From assembly GCF_001194135.2 (NCBI RefSeq), contig NC_068994.1, forward strand, positions 54,101,860 to 54,147,359: 45,500 nt of DNA, in the 5' to 3' direction. Source of the DNA: Octopus bimaculoides (lineage: Eukaryota). A program made the translations under genes and the position numbers. The notes below the pieces were generated by a model. That model saw only the letters and a program-made list of their open reading frames with translations. It searched no databases and was not told where the DNA came from. Shown here piece by piece: positions 1 to 45,500 of the stretch (position 1 is the first letter of the stretch; the number at the start of each line of letters is the position of its first letter).

Positions 1-80
1 AAAAAGTAACAAAAACCAAAATAAATATTAAAACAAAATAATAATAATAAGAGTTTTTTCTTAATATAATATACTTGTAG

Positions 81-690
81 GTGCAGGAGTGGCTGAGTGG
101 TAAGTAGCTTGCTTACCAACCACATGATCCCAGGTTCAGTCCCACTGCATGACACCTTGGGCAAGTGTCTTCTACTATAGCCTTGGGCCGACCAGAGCCT
201 TGTGCTGACCAGAGCCTTGTGAGTGGATTTAGTAGATGGAAACTGAAAGAAGCCTGTCGCATATATATATGTTTGTCCCCCCCAATCATTGCTTAACAGC
301 TGATGCTGGAGTGTTTATGTCCCCCGTAACTTAGTGGTTCGGCAAAAGAGACCGATAGAATAAGTACTAGGTGAGCGGAGCTGGCAGAAACGTTAGCATG
401 CTGGGTGAAATGCTTAGCAGTATTTTATCTGCTGCTACATCCTGAGTTCAAATTCCACTGAGGCCGACTTTGCCCTTCATCCTTTTGGGGTTGATGTAAT
501 CGACTTAATCCCTTTGCCTGTCCTTGTTTGTCCCCTCTATGTTTAGCCCCTTGTGGGCAATAAAGAAATAAGAATAAGTACTAGGCTTACAAAGAATAAG
601 TCCTGGGGTCGATTTGTTTGACTAAAGGCGGGGCTCCAGCATGGGCACAGTCAAACGACTGAAACAAATAAATTAATAAAAGAAAATGAT
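81..690 (+). mobile_element. tRNA-headed SINE with a second SINE (372-570) nested inside it
   Basis: A-box-like TGGCTGAGTGGT and B-box-like GGTTCAGTCCC; 15-bp target duplication agaataagtactagg at 357-371 and 571-585. Confidence 0.85.
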
Positions 691-2329
691 TTATTTTAAG
701 AGAGAAAGACAAACGATTACACAAACTGGTGCATACACTGAAATGCTACAAGTAAATGTTATGAACACAAATACACACATTATATATGTGTGTATATATG
801 TGTATATATGTATGTATGTCTATGGACATATGTATTTGAATGTATACATATGTATATGCAGATATGTGTGTGTACGTTTGTTTGTGTGTATACTTGTCTA
901 GACATAACATGATAGCTGCAAACAAATCACATTGTTATTGCAAGTGAGATTGCTTAGATCAAGTTTTCTGTGGATGTCATGTCTAGTTATAGGAAAATAT
1001 TACCTTGCTTGAAGATAAGTAAGTTTTGGAGACCGGCAGAGCATCAACAAATTCTCTCTGACCCATGCAAGCATAGAAAAGTGGGTGTTAAATGATGACG
1101 ATGATCATCAATTAATGTCTGTTGTCCGTGCTGGCATGGGTTGGACAGTTTGACTGGAGCTAGCAAGCTGGAAGGCTGCATCAGACTCCTGTCTGATTTG
1201 GCATGGTTTCTTCAGCTGGATGTCTTTCCTAATGCCAACCACTCCGAGAGTGTAAAAGGTGCTTTTACATGCAAATGGCACGAGTGCCATTTGCATGACA
1301 CTGGTATCTGCCATAACTGTGATTTTGCTCAGCTTGATGGGTCTTCTTCTCAAGCACGACATAATGCCAAAGCTCTCGGTCATTGTCTCCATGAGGCCCA
1401 ACACTTGAAAGGAACTCTGCAGATTGGTTGGTGTTAGGAAGGGCATCCAGCCATTAAAAACCTTGCCAAAACAGACACAGTAGCCTGGGATAGTTTTCTA
1501 CCTGGCTGGCTCCTGTCAATCATCTTATACATGCATGCATAGAAGACAGACTTTAAACGATGATGACAATGATCACACACACACACACATACCACAGACA
1601 CACATACACAACTATTTATATACACAAACATATATACATACACTCACAGTCAGTGGATTGCCAATAATCAACCCAAGAAATTATCAATAATATCCAAAAT
1701 GATCAAATTGAGAGAAATCCAAGATGGAAATTTCTTCAGGAACCTTTACAGATATCAATCTGATATCTCCAGCTGAAGCTGGTTTTTAAAAGGAAATATG
1801 ATATTCTGTACAGAGAATGCTGTTGAAAAAAAAAAAATGTCTCTAGCATGCAACAAAACTCATTCAGTAAGCTTTTCATGAACTGTTTTATTCTTTGATA
1901 TAAATTTAAGTCAGGATTAACTGATTTATTAAAATTCCATCAATAACTTCTGAACATTGATCCATCTGTGTAAAGATTATTGTCACTGATAATCACTGAT
2001 AATCACTGATATGCCATGAAAGGTTACAGATATGCGTGTGTTACATACATTCAGGCTTGTCCTTTACAGGTTGTGGTGACACATAAAACACATTTGTGCT
2101 GGTGCTGCATAAGCAGTAACATGCAAAAAGCCCCCAGTCCACACTCTGTAAAGTGATTGGCATATTAGGAAGGGCATCCAACCATAGAAACCACACCACA
2201 ACAGACAAGTGGAGTCTTGCTAGCTTCTGTCAAACCGTCCAACCCATGCCAGCATGGAAAACGGATGTTAAACTATGATAATGACATTGTTCAATATATA
2301 TCATCATTTTCATACTTGCATGGGTTAAT

Positions 2330-2650
2330 CAGAAATCATTGCAGCACCAACCTTTCTCAAAAATCAAACCACTTGAGACATGACACATCATCGTCATGTG
2401 GGAAGAACTACTAAAAAATTTCAAGGCAATTTTTTTTTTACATTGGGCATACCATTCGGAAACTGCTGCAGGCTGCACTTTGCCCACGGTTGCTAGACCA
2501 TTATCTGATACTTTAAAATGTAAGACATTTTTTTCCATCTTTGGTTTTGACAAACTAAAATACTGTGAGAGATGGCAGACATTTTTGTTAGCTTTTTTCA
2601 ATCTCCTTTCTGAAGAGCTCTAGCCATTTCAGTTATTTGCCATGTCCACC
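2330..2650 (-). mobile_element. Possible internally deleted mariner-like remnant
   Basis: MEKN-like start and an SEWYAQC segment resembling the transposase end; heavily decayed. Confidence 0.4.
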
Positions 2651-3504
2651 CTCACCAGTCTTTTCTTGTCTTGTTTCATACTTTCAGATTTATTTATCTG
2701 ATATTTCTCGAGACCAAATTTATCTTTTAGCTTTTAATTGTTTCAGACATTTGACTGCGACCATGCTGGAGCAGTACCTTGAACAATGATTTAGTCAAAC
2801 AAATTCACTCCAGTAATTGCGTTTTTAAGTTTGGTACATATTCTATTGGTCTCTTTTGCTGAACTGCTAAGTTACGGGAATGTATACACCTGTTGTCAAG
2901 CAACAGTAAGGGTGGGGGACAAACACACACACACACACATATATATATACAATGAGGTTCTTTAAGTTTCGGTCTATCAAATCCATCCAGAAGGCTTTGG
3001 TTAGCCTGGGACTATAGTAGAAGACACTCGCCCAAGGCACCATACAGTGGGACTGAACCTGGAACCATGTGGTTGGGAAGCAACACCACCTTTATGCATT
3101 TACTATTTAATACCATTTACCAATTTAATTATTGTTTTTTGCTTAAGCAAATTTCCTTTCAATCAATTAATTGAAATTTAATTTTCCAGGTTTATCATCT
3201 TTTCTTCCCTGCTATCATTCATCATTCATTATTCATTATCACATTTTCCCATTCGATTTATTGTACCTTACTTATCTTTAGTCTTCACTTGTCCGACTTA
3301 TTCCTTGCTTTGATGTAAATTACATAATTCATAAATCTTTTTTCCTTTTTATGTAACTTACCAGATTTACCTGGCTTTTCATCATTAACTTGCATTTGAA
3401 CAGGTATTCATGAGAACGAATGTGCATACCTTTACATCTCAACATGCACAAGTGCATATTTCTATGCACAAATGTGCATGCAGGTGTTGTATGTGTGCAA
3501 ATGC

Positions 3505-3515
3505 ACGAATATATG

Positions 3516-3598
<83 letters not shown>

Positions 3599-3841
3599 GT
3601 ATATAAATATATATGCATATATATATGTATGTATGTATGCATATATATATATGTATATATATGTATATATGTATATATATATATATATGTATATATATAT
3701 GTATATATACATATATATACACATATATATACATATATGTATATATATATATATAGATGTATATATATATGTATATATATATATGTATATGTATATATAT
3801 ATATATGTATATATATATATGTAAATATGTATATATATATG

Positions 3842-3872
<31 letters not shown>

Positions 3873-3890
3873 GTATGTATATATACAAGT
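3505..3890. repeat. (TG)n/(TA)n microsatellite block
   Basis: Read directly. Similar blocks at 5830-6020, 36330-36460, 41550-41963 and 44815-45140. Confidence 0.95.
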
Positions 3891-4871
3891 GGGAACGTGA
3901 AGACATGCTAGTGTGTATACATACATGTGTCCACTGAGCATAGTTATGAATATATATGCATACGAATTTCAGCGATATAATGTGCATGTGCATGATGCAT
4001 GTGCTACATGTACATGTGCACTGATGAGCATGTATGCATGGAAGCTTGAATCTGTTTCAGTCGACTCCTTTTGTTTAAGTCTCTGTACAGGAATGTTCCC
4101 TGTGTGTGCATGTGTTTCGACATCATCATCATTATCAGTATCATCATACTTATTAACATCACTGCCACCACCACCGCTGCTGCCACCACCACCGCTGCTG
4201 CCACCACTGCTGCTGCTTCCACCACCACCCCTACCACCGTCACCACATGAATGAAACACAACTTCGTGTAAGCAGATGTGCACCTCACCATAAGTGTGCA
4301 AGTGCATGCACATCAATATGGACATTTGAGTCTCTTCCCTGCAACCCTAAGCTTGCACATGTGCATGCATGCTTGTGCACGTGTGTCTATATGAGAAGCA
4401 AGTTTGTATAAACAGATATATGCTTGTATATACGCATACAAATGTACATATAACCATGTGAACTTATGCATATACCTGCATATCATATGAATGCTGATGC
4501 ATGTTGATGTGTGTATGCAGGAGTATGAATAACTGTGCATCTACACATACTTATAATGACACACACACACGTGTGAGATGCTAATAGCTATATATATATA
4601 TATATNNNNNNNNNNNNNNNNNNNNNNNNNNNNNNNNNNNNNNNNNNNNNNNNNNNNNNNNNNNNNNNNNNNNNNNNNNNNNNNNNNNNNNNNNNNNNNN
4701 NNNNNNNNNNNNNNNNNNNNNNNNNNNNNNNNNNNNNNNNNNNNNNNNNNNNNNNNNNNNNNNNNNNNNCTCCTTTACTTGTTTCAGTCATTTGCTTGTG
4801 GCCATGCTGGAGCACCGCCTTTAGTCGAGCAAATTGACCCCAGAGCTATTGCTTAACCATTTTCTCACACT

Positions 4872-4919
4872 GTCTCCGATGAAGGGATATATAAAATATC
4901 CTGGAAACAGCTGTAAGAC
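4872..4919 (+). ncRNA. Minimal hammerhead ribozyme with a U4>C core change
   Basis: GTCT-CCGATGA-A-GGGATAT(ataaa)ATATCCT-G-GAAAC-AGCT-GTA^AGAC; palindromic ACAGCTGT stem III. Confidence 0.68.
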
Positions 4920-5675
4920 CTTCTCTTTATAAATGTTCTGATATCTTTCACAGCCTTAGATTTTTATCTCATTCTGTTAATTTTTTATATATACGCATGC
5001 TGACATATGGCCCATGCTGGACTCCTCATTCACATAATCACCGAACCTGGAGCTTAATTATAGTCTGTCCATAGCGCTTACTCAGCATTACCTGACACCT
5101 TTGGGTCTTTTTGACACCATTACCTCTCATAACCTCAATTTCTTGCTATATATATATACACACACACATATGAGTGTATAAAGGTTTATACATGGAGAGA
5201 AGACTCTTGACAGGACTTCTTACATGCTAAATAGGGCAGTTAAACCCAAACCATGAAAAAAGGAATTCTTAACGTATGCTGCTAATAGGCACTAGAGTGA
5301 ATAAAAAATTAGTTAACCCTATACTCGAGCTTTGGTATTAACAACCAAATAAATTAATTTGGTAGCTGTAACTCATCTCTATACACTCTTATATAAAATA
5401 TTTTATGTCTTATGACTTTTATTAAGCATGTGAACGACTTGTAATAAATTATTTTAATTTTTTACCCTTATACTTATGCAACACACATATATATATATAC
5501 ATACACACACACATGCATGCACACAGAGACAAACCCATACACACACACATTCATACATGCTTACACACATATTCTCTATAAGCTTTGAAGAAATGCCTAG
5601 GTTTCAGAAATCAGGAAACGAAAATTAAACCCAACAGAATAGATTTATTTCTCTAATTATCCACAATTTTCTTCG

Positions 5676-42366
<36,691 letters not shown>

Positions 42367-43493
42367 CTGTAAAAAGACAGAAAAAAAAAAAGGGAGTCAA
42401 AGACATATTGTTTAATTATTATTTTCTTTAGTAAAGTTAATGAGCTTTGCATGCTGTGTGGTGGTGGGGACAAAGATGATGTCTTTTTTTTTTCTTGTTT
42501 TGAGAAAAACCTCCTTTTAGAGAGAGAATATTTCTTTAGAGAGAATATTTCTTTAAACGTTTGAGCGTGATCATTGCCAGAGCACCAGCTGTCTGGTTTT
42601 CGTGCTGGTGGCACATAAATAGCACCATTTGAGCGTGACCATTACCAACGTCGCCTTCCTGGCACGTGCTAAGACATTCGAGCGAGTTCATTGCCAGTGC
42701 CGCTGGACTGGCTCCTGTGAAGGTGGCACGTAAAATACACCATTTCGAGCGTGGCCGTTGCCAGTACCTCCTGACTGGCTGTCATTCCGGTGGCACGTAA
42801 AAGCACCCACTACACTCTCGGAGTGGTTGGCGTTAGGAAGGGCATCCAGCTGTAGATGGTCATGGTTGGAAATGTCTTTCAGCCTGGAACTGTTTCAGCC
42901 TATGTTGACCTGGGGTTAAACAACAACAAATGTTTTGTGTGCATGTCCATGTCCCACACAATCTCCTGCTGCTGGTGCTGGGCGTAATCCTTTGGTCTCC
43001 TGTTGCAAAGTTGTCCTCTAGCACACAGGACATTGTTGTAATGACAATGCAGAGCAAATAAAGCTTTGTTGGCAGGAGAAAAAAGTGGAGGAATTCGAAC
43101 AAAGGCACTTGTGATGCAAAATGTCAGAACAGTCAACTTTTGGCTCCTTCTATGCATACACACTGTCACAATGCACATTCTTCCTCACCCTGGGACCACG
43201 ACAATGACAACCACCACCACCACCACCACCACCACCACCACCAACAACAACAACATTATTTTTCATTGTTTTTCCACCTTGTCTTAGAAATGCAATATAT
43301 ATATACATATGTGTGTGGTGTGTGTGTGTGTGGTGTGTGGTGTGTATAGGTATGTATCATCATTATTTAATGATGATGATGATGATTTGCATATATGTAT
43401 ATGCGTATGTGTGTGTGTATGAATCTATATATGTATGCATATATCTTTCTATCTATCTATCTATCTATCTATCTATACACATACACACATATA

Positions 43494-43975
43494 TGAGGTG
43501 ATATCAAAAGGTTATGTTTAATGAAAAATAACTTATTTACCTAAGTTTTTACCATCATCTCCTTTGAAATCATCACCTTGCACAGCAATTACACCGGTCC
43601 TAGGGTTCCTGCCACTTTAGGAATCCGACCTGGAAGTCATTTTCCGTAAGTGAGCCGAAGACCTTCTACAATTCACTCTGGATCTTGACAACAGTGTTAA
43701 AAACAGTAACTATTGAACTGCATTTTCATTTTGGGGAAGAGTTGGATGTCTGCAGGTGCTAAACCTGGGGAACAGGGCAAGTGGGAAAGGGATGCCATCT
43801 TGTTTTTGGCGAGAAACTCATGAGAGGGGAGACCTTGGTGAAGAATCTAATGCTCCACAGATCCAGTTCCTTTCGTCGAATGTCCTTCCTCAAATGTTTG
43901 AAAATGTTGCAGTAGAACTCTTGATTGATGGTCTGGCCCTGGGGGATGAATTCTCGATGCACAGTACCACAATTC
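43494..43975 (-). mobile_element. Mariner remnant (catalytic C-terminus and 3' TIR)
   Basis: HREFIPQGQTINQEFYCNIFKHLRKDIRRK, then in a shifted frame LPCSPGLAPADIQLFPKMK (YSPDLAP-like); terminus TA-TGAGG at 43492. Confidence 0.87.
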
Positions 43976-44418
43976 CCAGGGTGATACTTATGGCAGGTCT
44001 TCCAGATTGCTCATCATCTTCCAGGGATGCATACAAACACCACCTTTAGTCAAACAAATCAACTCCAGGACTTATTCTTTGTAAGCCTAGTACTTATTCT
44101 ATCAGTCTCTTTTGCTGAACCACTAAGTTATGAAGACGTAAACACACCAGCATTGGTTAAGTGATATTGGGGGAAAAACACAGACACACAAACATATACA
44201 CCATCATCATCATCGTCATCATCACTGTCATCATCATCATTTAACTTGACTCTTAAAATATATGATATAGGCTAAATATGTTGCAGACACACACACATTT
44301 GTATAAATAGTTGTGTTTGCATATATACGTGTGTACCCACAAACACACACATGTATATATATGTATGTATATATAAATGCATAAATATGTATAAAGAAAT
44401 ATACATAACTATGTCCAT

Positions 44419-44461
<43 letters not shown>

Positions 44462-45031
44462 GCACACACACACACACACATATGCATACAAACACATTTA
44501 AATATACTAAAGCTAATCCAAAGACAAAACCATTCTGTGAATGCAACCCCCTCGCCTCACCTCCAGTCCAACCTGCCACCCTGTTCCCCCCAACCCTTTC
44601 ATACCTGTGCCAAACCCAAACCGTTCTCCCAGTCTGTTCAGTCGCTGCATTGCCATTTTGTAGACAACAGAACATAACTGGAGAACTGGAATTAAATTGG
44701 AATTGACAGAAACCCTTACAAAACAGCGTTTTTTTTTTCTTTTTCTTTTTTCTCTCACTCCACCAAAAGGAAATACAATACAAACATATTGAAAACTAGA
44801 AATATAGGATGGCAAATAATATATATATATATAGATATATACATACAGATAGATAGATACACACTGACACATACATACATATATATGTATATATTTATAT
44901 ATACACATATATACATATGTGTGTGTGTATATATATACATATATATAAACATACATGTATATATGCACATATATATATACATATATATATAAATATATAT
45001 GTATATATATATATGTACATATATATATATG

Positions 45032-45108
<77 letters not shown>

Positions 45109-45500
45109 ATATATATACATATATATATATATGAATATATATATACATACACTTACTACACAGACACGTATGTGTGTGCATGTCTCTTTAGACATGTTTT
45201 ACTTAGCTATTTCCAAAGTGTTTATTTACAGTTGTATGCGTAAAAGAATAGCGCTCTGTCTATCCGTCTGGCCATTGACCGAACCAGCCCAAACAATAAC
45301 CAGGCCACATTATGTTACTATGTGTTACAGACACACATCTATTTCTCACTCCTCACCCCCCCATCACTACCACCACCACCACCACCACCACCACCACATA
45401 CACACGTTACTTCCAATGCCAATGAAAACCAGAAGAACCACAATTTCTGCACCAGCAATAAAAACAACTGCCATCTCCAAAAACCACCATCAGCATTGTC

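Overview
AT-rich eukaryotic draft-assembly DNA with ten N-gaps. The microsatellite load and SINE families point to an octopus or other coleoid cephalopod (inference). Nearly all ORFs in the supplied track are microsatellite or repeat artefacts. The real gene is a spliced, minus-strand CFAP99 (cilia- and flagella-associated protein 99) homologue. I reconstructed 11 internal exons by hand with GT-AG sites and continuous phase (41325 down to 10771), plus a probable terminal exon (5774-5676) and an exon mostly hidden in a gap (about 42366); the 5' exons probably lie beyond the window. The introns hold tRNA-headed and RTE-tailed SINEs, RTE LINE, mariner, Helitron and Gypsy remnants, and several minisatellites. 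The signal that standard annotation would miss is a set of about nine minimal type-I hammerhead ribozyme (HHR) motifs of the Penelope-element/retrozyme kind. Three lie in sense orientation inside one CFAP99 intron. Two of these (21840-21921 and 21378-21423) tightly bracket an unrecognised 135-codon open frame, so double self-cleavage would release a 458-nt, potentially circularisable RNA. Protein family calls rest on recalled motifs, not on database searches.
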